A stretch of 64,000 nt of DNA, taken from positions 7,936,001 through 8,000,000 of the forward strand of contig JANJGN010000038.1 of NCBI GenBank assembly GCA_026770705.1. The letters run 5' to 3'. A model generated the notes under the pieces. It searched no databases, was not told where the DNA came from, and saw only the letters and a program-made list of their open reading frames with translations. Shown here one piece after another: positions 1 through 11,409 of this stretch. The DNA comes from Isurus oxyrinchus. Its lineage: Eukaryota. Positions within the stretch are counted from its first letter, which is position 1. Each line of letters begins with the position of its first letter. The position numbers and the translations under genes are program-made.

Positions 1-725
1 GGTCAGTGATAGGTGGGAGTTAAGGAGAGACTGACAAAGATTCGCTGGACACAAGACAAAGGGAGTGTTAATTGTAGTGGTAAAGGCTGAAGAAGGTGCT
101 GATAGTGACATAAAGGTAAGAAAGCAGGATATGTGAATAGCAGAACAAGGTTCAGCGCTCTGTGAAAAAAAAATATGGAACGAGATGGCCCTTTTGGGGG
201 TGAGATGTGGGAGGGGGAGATAGTTGGGGAAAAAAGATAGAAAAGGGGATAATAAGAGGGGGTGGGGTGAAATAATGAATAAATGAATGAAAAATAAGTT
301 AATAAAATTCTTTTTTATAAAGAGATTTTAAAAAGGGTGAAAATGAAGGAGAGAGTTCATGATCTGAAGCTGCTGAACTTCATGTTACATCCGGAAGACT
401 ATAAAGTGCCTAGTCGGAAGATGAGGTGCTGTTCCTCGAGTTTGCGTTGAGCTTCACTGGAACAATGCAGCAAGCCAAGGACAGACATGTGCACATGATA
501 GCAGGGTGGAGTGTTGAAATGGCAAATGACAGGGTGGTCTGGGTCATGCTTGCAGAAAGTCTGAAGATGTTGCACAAAGCCGTTGGCCAGTCTGCGTTTG
601 GTCTCTCCAATGTAGGGGAGACCCCATTGGGAGCAGTGAATGCAATGGACCAAATTGGAGGTGCACATGAAGCGCTGCTTCACCTGAAAGGAATGTTTGG
701 GCCCTTGGAAGGTGAGGAGAGAGGC
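1..725 (-). mobile_element. Penelope-like retroelement 3' fragment with degenerate GIY-YIG endonuclease
   Basis: ORF 399..767(-) reads CTSNLVHCIHCSQWGLPYIGETKRRLANGFVQHL...RKLEEQHLIFRLGTL, the vertebrate PLE GIY-YIG pattern (VYCIxC...YIGET). Confidence 0.8.
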
Positions 726-734
726 CCCTAAAGG

Positions 735-1082
735 GCCATCTGTCATTGCTCTATGTTGTTCTTTCACAGAGTGCTGATCCTTGTTCTGCTATTCACACAT
801 TCTGCTTTCTTACCTTTTAGCAATTATCAGAACCATTTTTAGCCCTTACCGCTACCATTAACACTCCCTTTGTCTTGTGCCCATAATATCTTTGTCAATT
901 CCTCCTGACCTCCCCACCTGCTCCACCCCACGCCCTCGTAAACAGTATAAAAACAGTGAACATTTCTGCTTCTCTTTAGCTCTGAAGAAGATCACACGGA
1001 CTCGAGACGTTGACTCTGTTTCTCCCTCCACAGATGCTGTCGGATGCTGAGTTTGTACTTCAGATTTCCAGCATCCACAGTA
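735..1082 (+). mobile_element. Inverted Penelope-like terminal segment
   Basis: About 770-900 is the reverse complement of about 30-165 (ttgttctgctattcacacattctgctttcttacctttt vs aaaggtaagaaagcaggatatgtgaatagcagaacaa); ends in the family tail cagatttccagcatccacagt. Confidence 0.7.
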
Positions 1083-1198
1083 CTTTAACTTAAAAGCAAA
1101 ATGCTTCACCACAGTACTTTGCATTTTCATCTTATATATTATTATTCGGTTTTTCAGCTTTCTACATAACTTCATATTCTCAGTTAAAGGTTAATGAA

Positions 1199-1271
1199 AG
1201 GCACTAGTGAAGGTTGAACTTACAGCCACTGATGTATAAGAGCAGTGCTCCAACCACTGAGCTATGGAGCC
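1199..1271 (-). pseudogene. tRNA-Thr(TGT)-derived pseudogene
   Basis: Reverse complement GGCTCCATAGCTCAGTGGTTGGAGCACTG...AAGTTCAAC...GTGCCT matches the vertebrate tRNA-Thr body; anticodon mutated to TAT and stems are broken. Confidence 0.75.
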
Positions 1272-1536
1272 ACCAGCTAACAAGACCACACAGGAAAGCG
1301 ACCATATTCAACAGACTGAGGTAGATGCTAAGTTCCAGGTGAGTGACATTTGAGAGACGTGAAAATGTCTGAGATGGAGAACAGGAAGTTAAAAGATGCA
1401 ACATGAAAGCGGCAGAATTTGATGTGTATCAGTTACTTTCAGTGATGAATTTCTGCCATGTGCCACCTTGTCAGTTTCACAGGAGCCGCAGGGATGAGGT
1501 TGGCGGCACCTGGTTAAAATGAGGAATAATGTGAAC

Positions 1537-1618
1537 TGTGGTCAGCAGGATTCAAACCTACAGGGGGAGACACCAATGGATTTCAAATCCGTCACCTTAA
1601 ACATTCAGCTCGACTAAC
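1537..1618 (-). pseudogene. tRNA-Ser(TGA) pseudogene
   Basis: Reverse complement ...TAAGGTGACGGATTTGAAATCCATTGGTGTCTCCCCCTGTAGGTTTGAATCCTGCTGACCAC; degenerate paralogue of 11203-11284. Confidence 0.8.
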
Positions 1619-2283
1619 AGCTGCTCGCGAGCTCAAATGTGTCCTTATCAAATCAGAGGTGACTACGAAATAAGTCAATCGGCCCGTCGTGTCTGTGCTG
1701 GCTCTCTGGAAGAGTAGCTCTACCGATTCCACACACCTGCCTTTACCCCCACAACAATTTATATTTGTATTGCCTCTCCGTGCTTTTCCAAACAAAATAA
1801 AGGATAACAACCTGCCCTGTATTAAACTAGAGCTCCCTCTTGTTCTCCGAAAAGGAATTCCTAAAGTGTGCAAAAGTGGGAATGTGACTCAAACTGTGGC
1901 AGCGCTGGAATTAGGATCAGCTCCTCGAGGGACTGGAAGGAACCCAAGTCCAAATCTCCAAGTCACTGGGTCAGGGAAACTGTGCATGGATTCTGCAGAA
2001 ACTCCTTCTTCAACAGTGAATTAGACAGTTACTTGAAATAGAGAAATTGAGGCTTATGGAAAGAGAGAGGAATATTGAGACTAATTGATTGCTCTTTAAA
2101 AAAGAAGCTGTGATGATCTAATAACTCTCCAACACGCTGTGCCATTTGCTGATGACATTGTTGATTAGTCTGTCTCCAGCATTCCTGATGAGAACAGCCG
2201 AATTCCATTTCTTCAAAACATGGATCCAAAGTGCTGCTGCGGAACTGCATTGTAGTCAGGTGCACTTGACGCTGGTGCGTGAT

Positions 2284-2356
2284 GTTTCTGTAGCGTAGTG
2301 GTTATCACATTTGCCTTACACGCGAAAGGTCCCTGGTTCAAAACCAGGCAGGAACG
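2284..2356 (+). tRNA. tRNA-Val(TAC), variant or young pseudogene
   Basis: GTTTCTGTAGCGTAGTGGTTATCACATTTGCCT-TAC-ACGCGAAAGGTCCCTGGTTCAAAACCAGGCAGGAAC; acceptor, anticodon and T stems pair; one D-stem mismatch and T-loop TTCAA. Confidence 0.75.
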
Positions 2357-2822
2357 TTATTGAAAATTGTTCAATTAGGGGAGAGGGAAAGTTGCTTTGT
2401 TCCCTGCTTGTTGTTGAATATTAGCTGAATGCAGAATCTCACATTCGGATTGCACTTACTCATCGTCTTTTCACAAAGTGGACACAGCAAAGTGAGGATA
2501 TCCTTCAACTGGCAGCCGGTGAGTGGGGAATATTCAAAATGAATATTCAATAAAAACATATCTGTTGGAACTCACCGCGTAACAGGACAGTTGGCGATTT
2601 CTGTCATCTTTAGTCGCTTAAGGACCCAATGACAACGTGGGACTGTGAGCCAATGAACACTGCTCCAGCTAACAGCAATCGCTGTTGTCTTTGGCTCAAG
2701 AAGTCGTTTGTGTTCGATATAAATGTGTCATTTTGTGGGAGAAAAGTGCCTCTAGTGAAAGAGTTGTGAAATGAAAATAAAATGCACAGGTAGCATGGAT
2801 AAGACGGGCTGTGAAGTTGCAA

Positions 2823-2855
2823 GCCTTGGGGTCTAGTGGTTAGGATTTGGCGCTT
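2823..2855 (+). pseudogene. tRNA-Glu 5' fragment
   Basis: GGTCTAGTGGTTAGGATTTGGCGCTT; same upstream flank as the Glu copies at 7828 and 9102. Confidence 0.6.
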
Positions 2856-3719
2856 ATAAATGTCATGCGAATGATTAAAATAAATGTGCATTACTTCCTG
2901 ACTGAAAACTGAAAACGCATATCAGCTCTGCCTGAATCAGTGGAGTGAGAGCTGGAGTTTTGCATCAGAGCCGAAAATGTCACCTGTGCAACAGGTCGCG
3001 AACAAACACAGAGGTGAAGGTAGGGAATCAGAGAAGGGCTGTGATAGGCTGAAAAGCAGTGACCATAGAAATGGTGGTGCATGGGAAAATGTAGAGGTGA
3101 TAGTGGAGATTGTATTGTTTGCAATGACACAAATATTTCCCAGACCTGTTTCCAAATCTCGTGCTAAATGAGAAGGAAATTTCCCACTGAATTTACTCAG
3201 TCCCATGACCTTAAAGGTGCTGAACACAAGGGAAGAAGGTGGATTTTACTGGAATGGGTTGTAAGATGATGGAATGACTGTGAAGGCAACAGCAGTGAGG
3301 ATCGAAATGAAATAATTATAGAAAGTTACAGCACAGAAAGAGGCCATGCGGCCCGGCGCACTGCTTTGAAAGAGCAGTTGTGATTGGTTGATCAGTGAGA
3401 TTTGTCCCAGTTTGAACAGCAGGAAGAAAAATCTGTCCCATTCCTACCCACATTTTACACCATCATCCCTTTAGTCAGTTTCTCTCTCATGCCTTGTAAC
3501 CTATCACAGTCCTTCCCTTTTGTCCTTTCACTCCCCTCCCTCCCGCCTCTGGACTTGTTTTCCACCTGTTACATCTCTGACTTTTCCAGCTCTGATGAAA
3601 GATCATCCAGCTGGAAGATTATCTCTGTTTCTCACTCCACAGACGCTGCCAGACCTGATTTCATTCAAGAAGGAATTCCTATTCATTGTGATAGTTCACA
3701 CAACGGAAAGGAAAAGGTT

Positions 3720-3771
3720 TTCCCTGTACGGGAATTAAACCTAGGCTGCAGCGGTGAAAGCACCAAATGCT
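3720..3771 (-). pseudogene. tRNA-Glu(TTC) 3' fragment
   Basis: Reverse complement ATTTGGTGCT-TTC-ACCGCTGCAGCCTAGGTTTAATTCCCGTACAGGGAA. Confidence 0.65.
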
Positions 3772-3946
3772 CAGAATTAAATACTCTGAATTTCAATGAC
3801 GCAGAGAGCAGTTTTCACTCAGAAACCAGAAGCTGTGATATTAACAAAGCAGGATGGAGAAAGATTCGGTTTGAGCGGTGACACTGCCGGAGGAATGGAG
3901 ACCTGGGGATCACCCATGGAAGCAGCAAAGTTTAAAAAGGGAATTT

Positions 3947-4019
3947 CGTCGAGCACAGGTCGCAAACCCAACAACCTGGCATTAAGAATCTCAGACGCTG
4001 TCGACTGAACTCGCCAGGC
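3947..4019 (-). pseudogene. tRNA-Lys(CTT) pseudogene
   Basis: Reverse complement GCCTGGCGAGTTCAGTCG...TGAGATT-CTT-AATGCCAGGTTGTTGGGTTTG...; heavily decayed. Confidence 0.65.
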
Positions 4020-5156
4020 ATGTAAGAAGAGCGAAGTATTGCACACCCCAACATCCTTGGAGATCACTGCTGTTATAGACCTCAAGCCTCAGCTTGTTCT
4101 GAATTTCAAAGGGGATCGACCTCCAAAAGCCCCAAGTTTGCAATACATTCCTCTCAATCATCAATAACATCATTCACATCTTCCACTTCTTAGCTGCACC
4201 TCCTTCCAAACATTGCAAACCCCTCTTCAATCTTTCATCTTGATATTGTCTCTGTAACATTTTAGTATGAAACTGCACAACCAATATGAATAAAGCTTGT
4301 GATGGTGAAAATGCGTTCAACCCCTCGGGGAACTGAAGCACATTGACACACACAGACCTTTACACCGAGTGTGACAAACACCCAGAAAACAAGGATGTCA
4401 CCAACTTGGCCAATTATTGTTCCATTTCAGCTTGCAAATTTAGTGAATGTTTGCAGAGGAACGGAAATAAGAAACACGGAAATAGTTGAATGGTTTTTAT
4501 TTCATTTAACTGATCATTAATTCCGAAGGCAGTTTGCTAAAGTCAGGAGTGATTCGGGCTGTGACACAGGAAGGGACGAATGACGATCAGGAGGAGGCCA
4601 TTCAGCCCTTTGAACCTGCTCTGCCATTCAGTAAGATCATGGCTGATCTAATTGTGTCTCAAGGCTTTACTGTCTCCTCAATATTTGGAAAATATTGTCA
4701 GTTGGCAGGTGGGAAAATGGAGAAGGAACCAAAACAGAAAACCCAGTCTCCAGCTTTGTGAATCTTTAGAAACTCTTTGGGAACCAGAATCAGAGGAGAA
4801 TGAAGGGTGATCTGTTCGACTGACCAGAGACATTCAAGGCACCTTTCCCTTCTTTAAGACGCTGGAACATTGACTCTGAAGTTATCAGTGAAATTAACTA
4901 ACCTGAGAGATTGAAATGATTCTCGTTACTGTACATCAGGAACTCAAACCTAACATCGGCTTCAGGACAATCAGAATACTTGGTAACAGACAAGACACCG
5001 AAAGGCTGGAAAGAAGACGGCACCGGTTGTCGGAGAGCACGTTCCTGGTGATATGGATGTGTCAGCAGTGGGTGGGATCAGATTGTTTCCATGTATCCAC
5101 AGTGAACGTCCCTCCCTTTATTTTGGAAGAGTAAAAGTGAAGAGAACAATTGTCAT

Positions 5157-5291
5157 AAAAACAAAAAAACTGCGGATGCTGGAAATCCAAAACAAAAACA
5201 GAATTACCTGGAAAAACTCAGCAGGTCTGGCAGCACCGGCGGAGAAGAAAAGAGTTGATGTTTCGAGTGCTCATGACCCTTCGACAGAACT
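5157..5291 (-). mobile_element. Penelope-like short terminal-repeat insertion
   Basis: Nearly identical to 60739-60875 (aaaacaaaaaaactgcggatgctggaaatcc...cccttcgacagaact). Confidence 0.75.
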
Positions 5292-5377
5292 AGGATTGTC
5301 ATCCCGGTAGCAGCAATCTGAAGCTTAAATTCACTGACACCCTGGTTTAGGAAAGTTGGCAAGTCAGCCTTACGTCT

Positions 5378-5451
5378 GTCTCTGTGGCGCAATTGTTTAT
5401 CGCATTCAACTGTTAAGCAAAAAGTTGATGGTTCAAAACCACCCAGGGACC
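5378..5451 (+). pseudogene. tRNA-Asn(GTT) pseudogene
   Basis: GTCTCTGTGGCGCAAT...CT-GTT-AA...GGTTCAAAACCACCCAGGGAC; anticodon stem mismatched. Confidence 0.8.
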
Positions 5452-6131
5452 AAGATTTCACTTTTTTCTCCCTATCAGCTTTCATTGTCACACAGTTCCG
5501 GGCTCTCATTGGCTACTTGAGCTGCAAGGAATTATTCCGCAAACTTTACCCTTAACCAGTGTGTTCCCACACCGATGTTTTTGTTTTGAATGTTCATTTC
5601 AAACACAATAAAAAACAATAAACGACTATATAATTACACCTAACTCAATAGACACCTGTGAAATTATTGGATTCAAACAAACCCGTCAATGATTCTCTCT
5701 TTCTCGGCTCCACAGTGAGCGAGACAGAGAAAAGCAGAAAAGTAGCTATATTCCGGCCCCCCACTCTCCAATCACCCGCTGCCAGCTGAAAGATTTTCTC
5801 ACTTTGCTGAGGGTTTATCCTGTGAAGTGGTGAAGAGGAAATGTAATGTGACTGAGATATATTACATTCACTTAACATACAACTACAAACGTGAATGATG
5901 CAAAAGGTGCCAGCTCACTGTCAAAATAAATGCCTGTCATTCTTCATTTTAACAGGAAGAACGAGGAGAGACAATATCAATTTGAATTGTAGTAGAGAAA
6001 ATGTGGGGTTATCAAATTAGCTGTATTCCTTTTGCCATCAGCTGGCATTGTCACGATGGGCAGAATGTCGTCTTCCTCTGCTGTAGATATTTATGATTTT
6101 ATACCATCGACATTAACCTGTGCACAGGGCC

Positions 6132-6195
6132 GGTTGTCGTGGTCGATTGATTTAGGTGATGGAGCCCAAGTCCATTGAGATTCCCACTTGTCATT
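6132..6195 (+). pseudogene. Highly decayed tRNA-Ser remnant
   Basis: GTTGTCGTGGTCGATTGATTTAGGTGATGGA...GTCCATTG resembles the 5' two-thirds of tRNA-Ser. Confidence 0.5.
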
Positions 6196-6758
6196 ATTCC
6201 TGGTTTAAAATGTGTCTACAGAGTTAATTATCGGTTAAATGCAATAAAATCCATACAAACACTTGGGTTTTTTTCTATTTCTGTTCGTTCACGAAAACAC
6301 TCATGAAACTTGGAACTGGAATAAAACTTGGTGTCATGCTTGCTTTATGAATATTTGCCTCTCCTTAGAGACAAACCATTGCCCTCTGTCACCCTCGGTG
6401 CATATGTTTGTGTCTGTTCCTCTGTGTGTGTCAATGTGAGTCAGTTCCCCGAGGGGTGAACACATTTTTACCATCACTAACTTTAATTAAATTTGTTGTA
6501 CAACTTCATGTTAAAACGTTAGAGAAAAATGTGAGGATGAAAAATGAAAGAGAGAGTTTGAAACTTTTGGCAGGAGGTCTAACTAAGAAGTGGAAGATGT
6601 GAACGATGTTACTGAGATTGAGAGGAACGCATTGCAACCTTGGGGCTTTTGTAGGTCGACTCCCTTCTACACTCAGATTCAGAACAAGCTGAGGCTCCTG
6701 GTGAAAAAAACACGTCTGTCGCCATATGTGTTGGGATATGAAGGATTCTTTCCCCCAT

Positions 6759-6831
6759 TCCCGGCTACCTCAGTTAATAGAATATAAAACGCTTAATTTC
6801 AGGGTCATGTGTTGGAGCCCCACGCTGGGGG
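6759..6831 (+). pseudogene. tRNA-Lys(CTT) pseudogene
   Basis: CCCGGCTACCTCAGT...CTTAATTTCAGGGTCATGTGTTGGAGCCCCACGCTGGG; upstream flank is an inverted paralogue of the flank of the 3947 copy. Confidence 0.7.
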
Positions 6832-7827
6832 CTGTTGTCATTTGCAATCTTGCTGCTCTAAAACAAAAAAAAACACAACCTCATTCAGTGGCACCAGCAA
6901 GGCAGACATTCACCACTGGCACCAACTGACAGACATCAAATTCAAAACATTTTCATATCGCGTTTCTTTCTGCTTCTGTCACTGTCTCGCCTCCAGCTCC
7001 CTCTGTCCCTACAACTCCCGGGTCAATTAGCTGCTTGATGCAGACACAGTCAGTTCGTGGGAATGTAAGACACAAGACGATAGGTTTGCATACCATAGAG
7101 TAAAAAGACACCATGATCTCATCTTCCTGATTCCCCCAGGTACGGATTACAGGAATGTGCACAGTGCCGATTATCCACAGTCACACTCTCCTTCCAGTCT
7201 TGTCTACGTTAATCAGCTTTGAAATTGTTCACATTTTTACACTGGGTTTCAATGTGCAGAAAGCAGAGCTGTGATAAGCTTATATTTGTTCAGCAGATGT
7301 ACTGCAGGAAGGTGCCGAACAGGCTGATGATAACAGTGCTTTTTGCACACGGTGAGCTCCAGTGAAGGATCGGCACCATTAATGTGTCGCTCATTTAGTC
7401 TCGTGACTAATCTCGTGCTGGAAATGACAAGAAAACTCGCTGAATTGCTCCGTGTTTTGGTTTCAGACGAGCCGAATACAAGGTAAGAAAGCGCACTTAT
7501 CTAGAGTGGGTTATAAAAAGGCAGTGTTGGTGGTGTTGGGAAACATAACATTATAGATAATTACAGCATAGAAAGAGCCCATTGGGCCCGGCGCGCTGTT
7601 TTCAAAGCGGAGTTGATTGATCAGAAGGGATATTTGTGCCGGTGCAAATAGGAGACAGTAACAATCATCCTTCTCCCACCGATATTTCGCCTTGCAACCA
7701 GCCCTGCTTCTTTTCTGTTTGTTCGCGACTTATTCGAAGTGTGATATTTCTTGCTGTGAGGCTAAGCTTTTAACTCTTGGTGCAGCTGTTCGCAAATAGA
7801 AATTGACCACACTCAACAAACCTTATT

Positions 7828-7898
7828 TTCCTTACTGGGAATCGAACCCGGGCTGTGGTGCTGAAAGCGCCGTAGCCTAACCACTAGACAACCAAGGA
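7828..7898 (-). pseudogene. tRNA-Glu(TTC) pseudogene
   Basis: Reverse complement TCCTTGGTTGTCTAGTGGTTAGGCTACGGCGCT-TTC-AGCACCACAGCCCGGGTTCGATTCCCAGTAAGGAA; B box intact, anticodon stem broken. Confidence 0.8.
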
Positions 7899-9101
7899 AT
7901 CGATCAAAATGCTTTTCGATTTGGCTTATCCACGCTGCTTTTGCCTATTGTTTTTCAGTTCAGATCTCTTTCACCACAAAACTGGCTGTTTAGCCTTAAC
8001 ACAAACGAATTCTTCAGCCAATAAAAACAACGGTTTCTGTGAGCTGGAACATGAACTCGACAGTGAGGTGAAATAGTCCCACAAGCTGCTCATGAGTAAC
8101 TTTCAATTTCCAAACCCTCCACCCTATTCGCTGTGGACCAATGGAAGCGCCGATCCCCAGTCATGAGACATAAGAGAACGTACCAGAAAGGTTTGACATT
8201 TGGCATTTAGAGGTTACTTTCCACCTTTTTTTTTCATTCCCGATCTTTTCACCAGACAGAACTTTCTCCTACTAATTGGTCTGTTTAGGTTGAACACAGG
8301 AGACTTCTTTCGCCAATGAGAAGAACTATTGCTGTTAGCTGGAACATTAAATCGATACTTTCCTCCTTTAAGACAGTTTTTAAAGCCTCCCCCTTTGACC
8401 GAGCTTTTAGTATTCTGATCGAATATGAGGCTCGGTGTCACACTTTATTATATAATGATCACGGGAGACGCCTTGTGACGTTTCAACAGATTAAATGCAT
8501 TTTATCAAAATAAGTTATTAATGCAGAAGCATTATCAAAACTTGCCCTTTTAAGTGAGAGGAAAACTGCCTTGTTCCTGTTTGTTGTTGGATATTAACTG
8601 AGCACAGTATCTTACAAGCGTCTTAGATTCGCCCTTCACCATTTCATAGAATAAACACTCAGGAAAGTGAGTGTATCTTTTTGCTGGCAGCGGGTGATTG
8701 GACAGTGCGGGGCCAGAATGTTGCTGCTTTTCTGCTTTTCCCTGTCTCACTCACTGTGGAGCTGAGGAAGAGAGAATCATTAACGGGTCTATTTGAATCC
8801 AATAACTTCATAGATTTGTAGGTACGTGGTTGGTCAGTTGTTAAATTATATTTTACATTTATCTTCAGATAAAAAATCACTGCTGTTGGAACCCGCTGGG
8901 CAACAGGAGAGTTGGATTATTTTCTCTTTGTCGCTTAAGGACCCAATAACAACCCGGAACTGTCTGACGATGGATGTTGTTGCGTTTTATATAAACGTGT
9001 CAATTTGAGGGTGAAGCATGTCTCTAATGAAAGAGGTTTGAAATGAAAATAAAAGGCACAGGTAGCATGGCTTACCCAGGTTGTGAGGCTTGTGAGCACC
9101 T

Positions 9102-9172
9102 TCCCTGGTGGCCCAATAGCTACTATTCTGTGCTTTCATAGTCAGGGCGTGGGTTCGATTCCTGATGAAGGA
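9102..9172 (+). pseudogene. tRNA-Glu(TTC) pseudogene
   Basis: TCCCTGGTGGCCCAATAGCTA...GCT-TTC-A...GGGTTCGATTCCTG. Confidence 0.7.
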
Positions 9173-9689
9173 GCAGTGATTTAATAACCTTGGCGAAGTG
9201 CTGGGATGACCCTCCGTAATAAAACACGCAGAAATCCTGTGTATCATCTCTATCAGAATAAATGGAGCAGGAGCTGGGATTTGGCACCACAGCTGGGACT
9301 GGCATCAGTGCATCAAAGCAAACGCAGAGGTTAAGATATGGGATGCAAGAACATTGCAATTTCCTCTTTTATCTTGATACTTTTCTCTGTTACATTGTAA
9401 TGTGAATCTGCACAACCAATGTGTAAAACGTTTGTGGTGGGAAAAAATGTGTACAACCCCTCAGGGGACTGAATCACATTGACACACAGAGAGGAGCACA
9501 CACAGACATGTACACCGAGAGTGACAGAGGCCTAAGGAGAGACAAAGACCCAGAAAACAACGGTGTCATCAAATTGGCCAATGATTGCTCCGTTTCAGAC
9601 TCCAAATTTAGTGAATGTTTGCAACTAAAATAACTTTGAGTGACACGGATGAGAAGAAGATTTATGATTAATTCTGCAGACAGTTTGTA

Positions 9690-10020
9690 ATTCATTCTCG
9701 GGATATGGGCTTCGCTGGCTGGGCCAGCATTTATTGCCCATCCCATTGTCCCTTGAGAAGGTGCTGCTGAGCTGCCTTCTTGAAACTCAGCAGTCTTTGT
9801 GGTGTAGGTACACCGAGAGTGCTGTTAGGAAGGGAGTTCCAGGATTTTGACCCAGCAACAGTGAAGAAACAGCGACATATTTCCAAGTCAAGAGGGTGAG
9901 TGCCTTGCAGGAGAAATTCCAGGTGGTCGTGTTCCCATCGATCTGCTGTCCTTGTTTTTCTAGATGGTAATTGTCGTGGGATTGGAAGGTTCTGTCTAAG
10001 GAGGCTTGGTGATTCCATGC
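9690..10020 (-). mobile_element. LINE (CR1/L2 group) 3' end fragment
   Basis: Encodes FTVAGSKSWNSLPNS...FKKAAQQHLLKG, an ORF2 C-terminus; paralogues at 13470-13960 and 44225-44600. Confidence 0.65.
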
Positions 10021-11202
10021 ACATGTGATAACCACTCCCCTACAGAGCAATACCTGACAAAGCCAGAGGCACCTGCACACTATGTTAAACTGTGAGGTCC
10101 TGCAGCCGCACTTTGGGTCTTTGTTTTACAGAAATGGAATTCGCGTGGCACATTTAGAAATGTTGTCATCAAATTAATCTGGTGATGTCATCACAAAATG
10201 GCAGAGTGTGCGAGGAGACCATTTAAACCATCATATCAATATCAGCTTTTTACAATGTTCTTTCCAATTAGTCGCAGTTTCCTTCTCTTTCTCCATCACC
10301 CTGATCGTTTTTCTCCCTTTCAAGTCATTGTTCAATTCCATTTCGAAAACTCTGAGTTAAGAAAAACAATATTGAAAGAGGTGCAGGAGCTGCTGCCGTG
10401 TCCATGCACAGTGTGTGAAAATTAACAAAGTTCCCCAGACCCAGTGACATGAAGAGTTAGGCTGGAGATTCTTATACAGCTTTCAAAAAAATTAAGTTCA
10501 TTTCAAATGGAATTTGAAAAGGAATTTTAGTCCGATGAAGCATCTCCTTATTTTTCTTATTCGATCGATACAATCTAATCTCTCTGTCTATACAACCTGT
10601 TACAGAGGCTGTTATAGGAAAGAGGGAAAGGTTTGCTGCAGCTATACAAAGCCCTGGTTAGGACACACCTGGAGGACTGTGTCTCGTTCTGGGAACGGCA
10701 CCATATAAAGGATCAACATTGACCTTGAAAGTTTCAGAGGAGCAGCACTGATGAGGATGGTGGGGCTTGGAAATTGAAAGTTGCACCTCCGCAGCTTGTG
10801 GCACTATTTCACCTCACTGTTCATTTCATGTATATGTCTAACAGATCCGATGCTGTTATTGGCTGAACAAGTCTTCTGTGTTTGAACTAAACACGCTCCC
10901 ACTCCTGGCCTTCCTCAGGGAATAATGTTGTTTTCTTGTTGCTTTGTGAACTGTCACAATGAACTGTTCCTGGAGTCTCTTCTCCCTGGGATCTACAAAA
11001 CCCGTCACTTCTCTTCCTCTTTCATTCTCTCTCTTTCATTCCCAGTTTGGGAGGGAGAACGAGGAGGGACAGTATGAATTGCAGGGTTATGGGGAAAAGG
11101 CTGGGTTGTTGCAGTGACAGGGTGGGAAGAAGACGCTTTTTCTCTGCTGCAACTATTCTATGATTTCATATATGAAATATATATGTTTTACTCTCCAGGT
11201 CT

Positions 11203-11284
11203 GTAGTCGTGGCCGAGTGGTTAAGGTGATGGATTTGAAATCCATTGGGGTTACCCCGCGCAGGTTCAAATCCTGTCGACTACG
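11203..11284 (+). tRNA. tRNA-Ser(TGA), possibly functional
   Basis: 82 nt GTAGTCGTGGCCGAGTGGTTAAGGTGATGGATT-TGA-AATCCATTGGGGTTACCCCGCGCAGGTTCAAATCCTGTCGACTACG; all stems and the variable arm pair; followed by TTTT (Pol III terminator). Confidence 0.85.
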
Positions 11285-11409
11285 TTTTCCATTATTTCGG
11301 ATTTTAACCATTGATCTCAGAAACAGTAAATGTAATCGACATTTTCGCAACATCTGTAATAGCAAAGTCTGTCCAATGGGTGGCAGTGATGTGATTGCTC
11401 ACATCACAT

